Below are positions 9,200 through 17,578 of a stretch of 34,082 nucleotides of DNA, piece after piece. The position numbers were made by a program, and so were the translations under genes. Below the pieces are notes generated by a model that made no database searches, had not been told where the DNA came from, and was given only the letters and a program-made list of their open reading frames with translations. The stretch is from an uncultured Muribaculaceae bacterium (GTDB taxonomy: Bacteria; Bacillota_I; Bacilli_A; RF39; UBA660), in contig CAYPGI010000001.1 in assembly GCA_964410275.1 (NCBI GenBank), positions 1 through 34,082 on the forward strand, in the 5' to 3' direction. Within the stretch, counting starts at the first letter, position 1; each line of letters opens with the position of its first letter.

Positions 9200-9222
9200 G
9201 AAAAAGAATATTTTATGATTGT

Positions 9223-12200
9223 TTAATTAGTTATTGACTGTTCAATTATTTTGATTAGTTCAATTAAGTAATAGATAAAATGTTTTTCTAATTTTACAGT
9301 ATCTAATATTATAACCAATCTTTTATTTTTTAAACTTAATCTAAACATTCTACTAATTTTATTTATTTCGATAAATAAGTATTCCCCATTAATCTTCTTA
9401 GTTAGATTAGGATCCAATGTTACTTCTATGAAGTTTTTCATTTGTTTTATGTTTTTGATGTTTAATCTATTAGCAAGCTTTTCAAACCACTCTTGATACA
9501 TATAGATAAGGAGAGTTTCAGATAATTTCCCAAATCTATCTTCTAAAGTGTTTTTTGTTTCTATTAATTTCTCGTAAGAATCAATTTCATTAATCTTTTT
9601 ATGAATTTCAATCTTTAATTCTTCTTCTGCTACATAGTTGTCATCAATTGACGTTTCAACATCTAATAAAGGTTGTGCAGATACTTCTTTTTCTTCAATT
9701 ATATTACCTTTTAATAAACTTATTTCTTTATTAAGCATTTCTAAAAATAATTCAACCCCTATAGTATCAACAAAACCTGCCTGTTCACTACCTAATATAT
9801 CACCTGCCCCTCTAATGGATAAATCCCTCATAGCTATCGCAAACCCACTTCCCAATTCAGTAAATTCTTTGATAGCTTTTAATCTTTTTGTAGCTACTTC
9901 TGATAAAATTTTAGTTTTATCATACATTAAATAACAATATGCAATCTTGTTACTCCGTCCAACACGCCCTCTTATTTGATATAATTGCGATAACCCAAAG
10001 TAATCAGCATTTATTATTATTAGCGTATTTACGCTAGGTATATCAATACCTGTTTCGATAATTGTTGTACAAAGTAACACATCATATTCATGATTTATAA
10101 ATTTAAACATAATATCTTCTAATTTACTTTTTGGCATTTGCCCATGAACTGCGACTACTTTAGCATCTGGCACTAAATTGGATATTTCTGCTAATTTACT
10201 CTGCATATCTTCTATTTTATTATATAAAATAAAAGTTTGCCCATTTCTAGATAATTCTTTATAAATCGCATCTTTGATAATTTGATTATTTTCCGACAAA
10301 ACATAAGTTTGAATTGGATATCTATTAACAGGCGGTGTTTCAATTAATGATAAATTCCTAATACCTGTCATAGACATCTGCAGAGTTCGTGGAATAGGTG
10401 TTGCGGATAAAGTTAAAATATCAATATTATTCTTATACTTTTTAATTTTTTCCTTATGAACAACACCAAATCTTTGTTCTTCATCAATAACCAATAAACC
10501 TAAGTCTTTAAACTCTATCTCATTATTTAAAATTTTATGAGTTCCGATTAAGAGATCAATTTTTCCTTCTTTCAAATTCTTAATAATTCTTTTAGTTTCA
10601 TTTGTAGTAACAAACCTGTTTAATAAAGCTATATTTATAGGAAAGGAACTAAACCTTTCAATAGAATTATTATAATGTTGACTTGAAAGAATTGTTGTAG
10701 GGCACAAAAATGCCACTTGCTTACCTGACATAATTGCTTTGAAAATAGCTCTAAAAGCAACTTCTGTTTTCCCATAACCAACATCTCCACATAATATACG
10801 ATCCATTGGTTTTGAACTTTCCATATCTCTTTTTATTTCATCAGCTACTTTTAATTGATCATCAGTTTCTTCATAATTAAATTCTTTTTCAAATTGATAT
10901 TGATCTTTGCTATCTAAATCAAAGGCATATCCTTTACTTGCTTCTCTTAATGCATATAACTTTAATAATTCTGAAGCAATATCCTTAATCCTTTTTTTAG
11001 CACTAAGTTTGGTTTTTACCCATTCAGTACTTCCTAGTTTATTTATTTTTGGAACCATTCCATCTTTAGAGGAGTATTTACTAATTAGCTCTATTTTTTC
11101 CACAGGAATATATAATTTATCACTACCCTTATATTCAATTAATAAATAGTCTTTTTTTAAGCCATTTTTGAGCAAACTCTTAATACCGCAATAAATACCT
11201 ATTCCATGAACACTATGAACAATATAGTCTCCTATCGTTAGTTTGGTTAAATCCCTAATTTTAGTTCCAAACTTAAAATTTGTTTTATATATATTATTAT
11301 TGTCCTTTTTATTAAATAATTCCCTTTCACTTATAACTACTAAATCATTATATATAAATCCGCTATTAATTCTTTTTACAATAACATTTATTTTATTTAA
11401 AAGGATATTATTTTCATTAGTTATAATCATATTGGCATTATTTAATTCATCTATAACTTTATTTACTTTATATTGATCATGCAAACAAATAATAACTTGT
11501 TTCTTAAGTTTCAAGTATTCATTTAATCTTTTATTTATACTTTCAGTATTTCCCACAAAGGGTTCTAGTTCTTTGGCATTATAAATTATATTTTTTACTT
11601 GTTTCATTTCGTTATCAAAACTATTAAAATATAATTCTTTTTTACTTTTTATATTGTAGAAATCATTCATATATTCGGTATTACCATCTAAATTTAAACT
11701 AATATTATAGTTAAATATTTCTTCTAATAATAACTTATTACTTATTTCTAACTGATTATAATCATTAAAAATAGTTATTCCGTTAACATAATCACTAATG
11801 CTAGAAATGTTTCCATAATTAATTAATTCACGATGCTTAATATTAAATGTATCAATGTCTTCTTCTATTAAAAATTCTGTATTTGTATTTATTTCTATTT
11901 CTTTAATATTTTTAAGTGTTAATTGACTATTAACATCAAAAGTTCTTATGGATTCAATTGTATCTCCCCAGTATTCAATTCTTATTGGATCCACTTCATT
12001 AATTGGAAAGATATCGACAACAAATCCCCTAACAGCCATTTCACCTGTTTTATTAACAACTGTTTCTTTTACATAACCGTATTTAAATAGTTTTCTTACA
12101 AGATCATCTATTTTTAAATTATCATTAACTTTTAGTTTAACTTTGCTACTTTCAAATACTTTCCGATCAGGCAAGAATCTTAGATATCCCATTAAATTAG

Positions 12201-12513
12201 TAACAACTATTTTTTTGTCACTTACGCTTAAAGACTTTAAAGTTTCAAGCCTAGATGTTTTTAGTTCTGGGCTAATAGCTAAAGCCTCACTAGTTAAAAA
12301 GTCATCCATAGGAAATAATAGTGCCTCTTCAGTATAATTGATAAGGTTTTGATAGTATTGACTAGCTTCATATAGCGAACTCGTTACTACAAGAAGACTT
12401 TTACTACTTTTTTTAAATAAATTATATATATATATACATTTTAGTTCATTTGTTAAACCTATTATCCCAGTACTTTCATTACTCGTATCAAATATCTTAT
12501 CAAAAACCGACAT
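9223..12513 (-). CDS. mfd: transcription-repair coupling factor
   Basis: 1096-aa ORF. It has a UvrB-homology N-region, a CarD/RID-like segment (GDYIVHSVHGIGIY) and superfamily 2 helicase motifs (GDVGYGKTEVA, DEEQRFG, LSATPIPRT, QLYQIRGRVGR). Confidence 0.95.
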   Translation of the reverse strand: MSVFDKIFDTSNESTGIIGLTNELKCIYIYNLFKKSSKSLLVVTSSLYEASQYYQNLINYTEEALLFPMDDFLTSEALAISPELKTSRLETLKSLSVSDKKIVVTNLMGYLRFLPDRKVFESSKVKLKVNDNLKIDDLVRKLFKYGYVKETVVNKTGEMAVRGFVVDIFPINEVDPIRIEYWGDTIESIRTFDVNSQLTLKNIKEIEINTNTEFLIEEDIDTFNIKHRELINYGNISSISDYVNGITIFNDYNQLEISNKLLLEEIFNYNISLNLDGNTEYMNDFYNIKSKKELYFNSFDNEMKQVKNIIYNAKELEPFVGNTESINKRLNEYLKLKKQVIICLHDQYKVNKVIDELNNANMIITNENNILLNKINVIVKRINSGFIYNDLVVISERELFNKKDNNNIYKTNFKFGTKIRDLTKLTIGDYIVHSVHGIGIYCGIKSLLKNGLKKDYLLIEYKGSDKLYIPVEKIELISKYSSKDGMVPKINKLGSTEWVKTKLSAKKRIKDIASELLKLYALREASKGYAFDLDSKDQYQFEKEFNYEETDDQLKVADEIKRDMESSKPMDRILCGDVGYGKTEVAFRAIFKAIMSGKQVAFLCPTTILSSQHYNNSIERFSSFPINIALLNRFVTTNETKRIIKNLKEGKIDLLIGTHKILNNEIEFKDLGLLVIDEEQRFGVVHKEKIKKYKNNIDILTLSATPIPRTLQMSMTGIRNLSLIETPPVNRYPIQTYVLSENNQIIKDAIYKELSRNGQTFILYNKIEDMQSKLAEISNLVPDAKVVAVHGQMPKSKLEDIMFKFINHEYDVLLCTTIIETGIDIPSVNTLIIINADYFGLSQLYQIRGRVGRSNKIAYCYLMYDKTKILSEVATKRLKAIKEFTELGSGFAIAMRDLSIRGAGDILGSEQAGFVDTIGVELFLEMLNKEISLLKGNIIEEKEVSAQPLLDVETSIDDNYVAEEELKIEIHKKINEIDSYEKLIETKNTLEDRFGKLSETLLIYMYQEWFEKLANRLNIKNIKQMKNFIEVTLDPNLTKKINGEYLFIEINKISRMFRLSLKNKRLVIILDTVKLEKHFIYYLIELIKIIEQSITN

Positions 12514-12534
12514 ATGTCACCCCCTTTAACATGA

Positions 12535-12557
12535 CAAAAATGATACTTTTAGTATCA
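12535..12557 (-). terminator. hairpin plus U-run between pth and mfd (possible partial terminator or attenuator)
   Basis: Minus strand: TGATACT-aaa-AGTATCA followed by TTTTT, immediately after the pth TAG. The stem is short (7 bp) and AT-rich, so termination is probably leaky. Confidence 0.35.
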
Positions 12558-13115
12558 CTATCTTTTATTATATTTATTCATTAAATTATCGAATGACATT
12601 TCTAAGTAATCATTCATTAATTCAGGCGCCATCTTAAAAATTTCATTAAGTATTTTTTTATCATCTTCGCTTATTTTACTTAAGACATAATCAGCAGTAT
12701 CCATATTTTTATTATTAGATATACCTATTTTCATTCTCTTATAATCTTCAGTGCCAAGACATCTCTCAATATCCTTTAAGCCATTGTGTCCTGCACTACC
12801 TCCAAAAAGTTTAAGTTTGTATTTCCCTACTTCTAAATCCAAATCATCATGAATAACGAAGATATCATCAATATTAATTTTATAAAAATTAATATAATTT
12901 TTAATAACTTGTCCTGATAAATTAATAAACCTTTGTGGTTTTAGAAAAATAACCTTTTCTCCTTTTATATTACTTTCGGCATATAGTCCACCATTTTTAC
13001 TTTTGAAATTAAGATCTAAATCTTCAGTCATAGCATCAATCATTTTAAAACCAATATTGTGTCTGGTTTCACTATACTCTTTACCAGGATTTCCTAAACC
13101 AACTATTAATCTCAT
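12558..13115 (-). CDS. pth: peptidyl-tRNA hydrolase
   Basis: The 185-aa ORF starts MRLIVGLGNPGKEYSETRHNIGF and contains the GHNGLKD motif. Confidence 0.95.
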   Translation of the reverse strand: MRLIVGLGNPGKEYSETRHNIGFKMIDAMTEDLDLNFKSKNGGLYAESNIKGEKVIFLKPQRFINLSGQVIKNYINFYKINIDDIFVIHDDLDLEVGKYKLKLFGGSAGHNGLKDIERCLGTEDYKRMKIGISNNKNMDTADYVLSKISEDDKKILNEIFKMAPELMNDYLEMSFDNLMNKYNKR

Positions 13116-13119
13116 ATTA

Positions 13120-13965
13120 TCATCTACCTTTATTATTTAAATATTCGTTATAGACATCACTTTTTTTAAGACTTCGATCTTTGCTAACTGCCTTAATAGC
13201 ATCCATAACTTTATAACCATCCGCTATATATTGTTCGATGTGTTCAATAAGTGTACAGTTGTCATAGTTTTCCCCTTTGTTATTGCCATCTAAAATTATA
13301 ACTATTTCTCCTTTAATGTCAACAACTTGTTTTTTTACCTCTTCAACTGTTCCTCTATACACCTCTTCATATCTCTTACTTATTTCCCGGGAAATAGAAA
13401 TCTTTCGATTTCCCATAATTTTCAAAATATTTCCCAAGGTTTTTTCAATTCGGTGTGGAGCTTCATATAATATAATAGTAGCCTTTTGATTCTTTAATTC
13501 TTCTAATTCTTTAATTCTTTTATTTTCATTACTATCTAAAAAACCATAAAATAGAAAAGGCATAGGCTTTATTCCTGAGACAGTTAAAGCGGGGATTAGT
13601 GCAGTAGGTCCAGGAAGAGAAACAACATTATACCCTTTTTCTATAACATAGTTAGTAATTCCATATCCTGGATCACTGATTATAGGTGTTCCTCTATCAC
13701 TAACTAGCCCTATATTATATCCTGAAGATAAATATTCTATAGCTAATTCTTTATTTTTTATTTCATTGTGTTCATGATTCGCAATTAATTTTTTCTTAAA
13801 CCCTAATTTCTTCAATAATAACCCAGTCACTCTAGTATCTTCTGAAAATATTACCTCTACCTCTTTTAATGTATTAATAGCTCTAATTGTAATATCATCC
13901 ATATTTCCAATGGGTGTTGGAATTAAGTACAAAGTGGGAGTATTATTATAACTTTTTTGCGACAT
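13120..13965 (-). CDS. rsmI: 16S rRNA (cytidine1402-2'-O)-methyltransferase
   Basis: 281-aa ORF with the tetrapyrrole-methylase fold signature LYLIPTPIGN...DIT.RA...L, then EDTR and SDPG motifs. It occupies the position of B. subtilis yabC. Confidence 0.88.
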   Translation of the reverse strand: MSQKSYNNTPTLYLIPTPIGNMDDITIRAINTLKEVEVIFSEDTRVTGLLLKKLGFKKKLIANHEHNEIKNKELAIEYLSSGYNIGLVSDRGTPIISDPGYGITNYVIEKGYNVVSLPGPTALIPALTVSGIKPMPFLFYGFLDSNENKRIKELEELKNQKATIILYEAPHRIEKTLGNILKIMGNRKISISREISKRYEEVYRGTVEEVKKQVVDIKGEIVIILDGNNKGENYDNCTLIEHIEQYIADGYKVMDAIKAVSKDRSLKKSDVYNEYLNNKGR

Positions 13966-13974
13966 AAAATCACC

Positions 13975-14694
13975 CTATTTCAATAAATTTAATACTTGTT
14001 CTGTATACTTTCCATCATCCATATTTAAATAAATAGGATCTAATATCTTTATTCCAGGTTTCCCATTTTTTCTTCCTTCAATTAACAAGATATTAGACTC
14101 TTTTCCTTTTTTCGGATAAACAAATTGCATTTTTTTTGGTTCAAGATTATTTTTCCTCATATAATCAATTATATCAATTAACCTTTCAGGACGATGGACT
14201 AATCCAATTATACCATTGTTTTTAAGTAATTTTTTAGCAATTTTACAAATTTGTTCTAAATTTAGTGCCACCTCATGACGAGCAAACGTCTTATAATCGC
14301 TACTATTAAAGTTAGATTCCTTATTAACTTTAAAAAAAGGAGGATTACAAGTAATAATATCAAAGGAATCTGTTTCAAATTCCTTTGATATTATATTGAT
14401 ATCTGCGTTGATTATTTTAATTCTATCTTCTAGATTATTAATTTTTACTGATTTACAAGCAAGTTCATAAACCTTTTCTTGTATCTCAACACCAAGTATT
14501 TCTGCCTTGGTTTTAGTAGATAAAATTAAAGGAATTGGAGCATTTCCACAACCTATATCTAATATTTTTTTTATATTTTTATTTATAGTAATAAAATTAG
14601 GTAATAATAACGAATCAATTGAAACAGAAAACATTTTTGTATCTTGAATAATACCTAATTTATCATAACCATATAAATAATTTTTTACTTCCAT
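13975..14694 (-). CDS. SAM-dependent methyltransferase, tRNA1(Val) (adenine37-N6)-methyltransferase-like (YabB/YfiC family)
   Basis: 239-aa ORF with SAM motif I (ILDIGCGNAPIPL) and the N6-amino methyltransferase motif IV (CNPPFF). It occupies the syntenic position of B. subtilis yabB. Confidence 0.7.
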   Translation of the reverse strand: MEVKNYLYGYDKLGIIQDTKMFSVSIDSLLLPNFITINKNIKKILDIGCGNAPIPLILSTKTKAEILGVEIQEKVYELACKSVKINNLEDRIKIINADINIISKEFETDSFDIITCNPPFFKVNKESNFNSSDYKTFARHEVALNLEQICKIAKKLLKNNGIIGLVHRPERLIDIIDYMRKNNLEPKKMQFVYPKKGKESNILLIEGRKNGKPGIKILDPIYLNMDDGKYTEQVLNLLK

Positions 14695-15474
14695 TTATTT
14701 TTTTTCCTCTACAATGCCTATATCCGGAACATTAACACGATATGTTCTTCCTAAGGTATTTACACTTACTACTCTTCCTTCACCTTTAGCTGTATTAATA
14801 GTTTGTCCAACATCTGGAAGATCCTTTTGACATTCTTTATAGCACTCATTTTCATAATTCAAACAACATAATAGTCTTCCACAAGCGCCATTAATGTTAT
14901 TTGGATTTAAAGCAAGATTTTGTGTCTTGGCCATATTTATTGAAACCGCTGCGAAGTCACCTAAAAAGTTAGAACAACAAAATGGTCTTCCACAATTCCC
15001 ACAACCACCAACTTCTTTAGCCTTATCCCTAACTCCAATTTGTCTTAATTCTATTCTTGTTTTATAAATAGAAGCCAGTTCTTTAGCTAACTCTCTAAAA
15101 TCTACACGATTATCCGCTAAAAAGCGAAATATTAGTTGATCTCTATCAAAAGTATATGTGGCATCAATAATTTGCATTTTTAATGCTTTTTTATCAACAA
15201 TTTGACGACATTTTTTTAAAGCTTCTTTAGCGTCTCTTACGTTGCTTTTATGTTGATCATAATCTTGTTTTGAAGCAATTCTTACAACCTTTTTTAAAGA
15301 AGTATTTATTCTTTTTTCATCAAAATTTACAATATCAGTTTCCAATTTTCCAAATTGTAAACCCTTTTCTGTTTGGACTATGACAGTTAAGTTCTTTTTT
15401 AAATTAAGATTATTAGGTAAAAAATAATATAATCTACCCTTTTCTTTAAATGATACTCCTACTACTTCTACCAT
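14695..15474 (-). CDS. ricT: PSP1-domain protein YaaT/RicT (regulatory iron-sulfur protein; stage 0 sporulation protein in Bacillus)
   Basis: The 259-aa ORF has a conserved Cys cluster (GGCGNCGRPFCC ... CGRLLCCLNYE) typical of YaaT. It lies immediately downstream of holB, as in Bacillus. Confidence 0.85.
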   Translation of the reverse strand: MVEVVGVSFKEKGRLYYFLPNNLNLKKNLTVIVQTEKGLQFGKLETDIVNFDEKRINTSLKKVVRIASKQDYDQHKSNVRDAKEALKKCRQIVDKKALKMQIIDATYTFDRDQLIFRFLADNRVDFRELAKELASIYKTRIELRQIGVRDKAKEVGGCGNCGRPFCCSNFLGDFAAVSINMAKTQNLALNPNNINGACGRLLCCLNYENECYKECQKDLPDVGQTINTAKGEGRVVSVNTLGRTYRVNVPDIGIVEEKK

Positions 15475-16418
15475 TATAATCCTCCTTCTAACATTATAAT
15501 AAACTTGTCCATTAATAAATTACTATTCATATTAAATTTTATTTTTTCCTTTATTTCTAATATTACTTTTATTTTATCACATATAGATTGAGAAGTGTTT
15601 TTATGAGATATAGATTCAATTTGTTTGCTATATTCATCAAAAATTTCAATCTTACAATTGCATTTATTATTTAAAATATCTTTATAGAAAAGTGTCATAA
15701 TTTCAAATGCTATTTCAATTGCTCTTCGATTATTAATATTTTTGTGCCACAACCTATTTAAATGAAGTAATGTATCAAGTCTGTTTTCCTCATAAAAAAT
15801 AACAAAATTTATTATACTTTCTATTTTTTCTATATCGAAAATCTCTTTTTCTTCATCTGCCATAATCATGCTTTTCATAATACGGTCTAACAAATTATCA
15901 CCATCAATATATTTATTATCTATAAACGATAAAATTTGACATCTTGAAACAATAGTATCAAGTAACTGATATTGATTACTTGTTATTAAAATGGCAATAA
16001 TATTATCTTCTGGTTCTTCTAAAAACTTAAGTATTGAATTAGCAGCTTGAGAATTCAATTTTTCAGCATTATTTATTATATATATCTTTTTATTACTGCT
16101 AATTGCTTTTTTATTGAATTCTTTTTGTAAGTCAATTAATTGTTCCTTTTTTATCCACATACCGTCAGGATTAATAATTTTTATTTCTGTAAAATTATTA
16201 TTATCAATTACTTGGCATTGATTACATTCACCACAATTACTATTATTACTATAATTATTTGGACACAATAAATATTTAGAAAAAGCTAAAGCCATTTTTA
16301 AACCATTTTCTTTATCTCTAGTTTCAAAAAGGTAAGCATGTAAATTTCTTTTCTTTTTTATTGAATTCTTTAATATTTTATACACTATTGGTTGTAGTAT
16401 TTTATAGTCTTCTAACAT
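15474..16418 (-). CDS. holB: DNA polymerase III subunit delta'
   Basis: 314-aa ORF with an AAA+-like clamp-loader fold. It has HAYLF, the Zn module CGECNQC, and the LKFLEEP and SRCQ motifs. Confidence 0.88.
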   Translation of the reverse strand: MLEDYKILQPIVYKILKNSIKKKRNLHAYLFETRDKENGLKMALAFSKYLLCPNNYSNNSNCGECNQCQVIDNNNFTEIKIINPDGMWIKKEQLIDLQKEFNKKAISSNKKIYIINNAEKLNSQAANSILKFLEEPEDNIIAILITSNQYQLLDTIVSRCQILSFIDNKYIDGDNLLDRIMKSMIMADEEKEIFDIEKIESIINFVIFYEENRLDTLLHLNRLWHKNINNRRAIEIAFEIMTLFYKDILNNKCNCKIEIFDEYSKQIESISHKNTSQSICDKIKVILEIKEKIKFNMNSNLLMDKFIIMLEGGL

Positions 16419-16431
16419 ACTTCACCTCTTT

Positions 16432-16620
16432 TTAAAAAATAAGTAATAATATTATGATAAATGATAATAAAGCCGGTATTCCAAATAGGCTAACCGCTAA
16501 AACAGTAATTAAATTGATTGGAATAATTAGACTAAGTGGCGCCGCAATTAGATTATAACCATAAATAAAAAAGGCGCTAACAATTATTTTTTTTAATACT
16601 TTTAAAATTTTTTTTAACAT
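16432..16620 (-). CDS. bofA: BofA-family small membrane protein (pro-sigma-K processing inhibitor-like)
   Basis: The preferred start is the ATG at 16620, with GAGGTGG 5 nt upstream (62 aa). The C-terminal IIPINLITVLAVSLFGIPALLSFIII parallels B. subtilis BofA ...VPINLVTTAISGILGIPGIAALVVI. It lies downstream of recR, as in Bacillus. Confidence 0.6.
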   Translation of the reverse strand: MLKKILKVLKKIIVSAFFIYGYNLIAAPLSLIIPINLITVLAVSLFGIPALLSFIIILLLIF

Positions 16621-16659
16621 TTTGTCCACCTCATTACATATTATGAGGTTTTTAAAAGT

Positions 16660-17268
16660 TTATGCTTCACCAGATATTTTTTTTCTTCCTTCTAAAGCCA
16701 TTTCTAATGTTAAAGCATCTATATATTCCATCTCTGCACCCATAGGAACTCCATGAGCTATTTTAGAAACAATAATATTCATTCCTTCTAATAACTTTAA
16801 AATATATAAGGCTGTAGTTTCACCTTCAATACTAGGTTTTACAGCTATAATTATTTCTTTTATATCATTCTTTTTAATTCTTTCTAATAATAAATCTATT
16901 TTTATATTTTCAGGATTAATACCATCTAATGGTGAAATCAAACCATCTAGCACATGATATTGACCATTGTATGAACCAACCTTTTCAAATAAAATGACAT
17001 TCTTTGGTTGTTCAACTATACATATAGTATTTTTGTCTCTAGACGTATCATTACAAATTTCACAATAATCATTTTCTGATAGATTATTACACTTAATACA
17101 TCTCTTTATTTTAGTTTTTACATTTTTAATAGATTTTGAATATAAATCTATTATATCTTGATCAAGATATAAAGTCGCTAAAGCATATCGTTCTGCTGTT
17201 TTTTCGCCAACACCTGGTAATTTTTTATAACATTCTATTAAATTTCTTATTGTAGTTGGATAATTCAT
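16660..17268 (-). CDS. recR: recombination protein RecR
   Basis: 202-aa ORF with the HhH motif LPGVGEKTAERYA, a C4 zinc finger (CIKCN...CEIC) and a Toprim domain. Confidence 0.95.
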   Translation of the reverse strand: MNYPTTIRNLIECYKKLPGVGEKTAERYALATLYLDQDIIDLYSKSIKNVKTKIKRCIKCNNLSENDYCEICNDTSRDKNTICIVEQPKNVILFEKVGSYNGQYHVLDGLISPLDGINPENIKIDLLLERIKKNDIKEIIIAVKPSIEGETTALYILKLLEGMNIIVSKIAHGVPMGAEMEYIDALTLEMALEGRKKISGEA

Positions 17269-17564
17269 TAAAATAATCCTGGCATTCCTTGAGTATATTT
17301 ACCCATTTTTTCTTCTGTTACAGCATCAATTTGTCTTATTGCATCATTTATAGCAACTACAATCATATCTTCTAGTAGTTCTATATCATCTCCATTTATA
17401 TCTTTATTATCAATATTAACACTTATTACTTCTTTAGAACCTTTCATAGTAACTGTTACAAAAGAAGCAACACCTTTAAATTCAGCATTATCTATCTCTT
17501 CTTTAGCTAACATCATATCCTTTTGTAATTTTTGTGCTTGCTTCATCATTGCTTGTATATTCAT
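17268..17564 (-). CDS. ybaB: nucleoid-associated protein YbaB/EbfC
   Basis: The 98-aa ORF starts MNIQAMMKQAQKLQKDM and ends GMPGLF. It sits between dnaX and recR, as is universal. Confidence 0.92.
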   Translation of the reverse strand: MNIQAMMKQAQKLQKDMMLAKEEIDNAEFKGVASFVTVTMKGSKEVISVNIDNKDINGDDIELLEDMIVVAINDAIRQIDAVTEEKMGKYTQGMPGLF

Positions 17565-17578
17565 ATATATTCCTCTTT

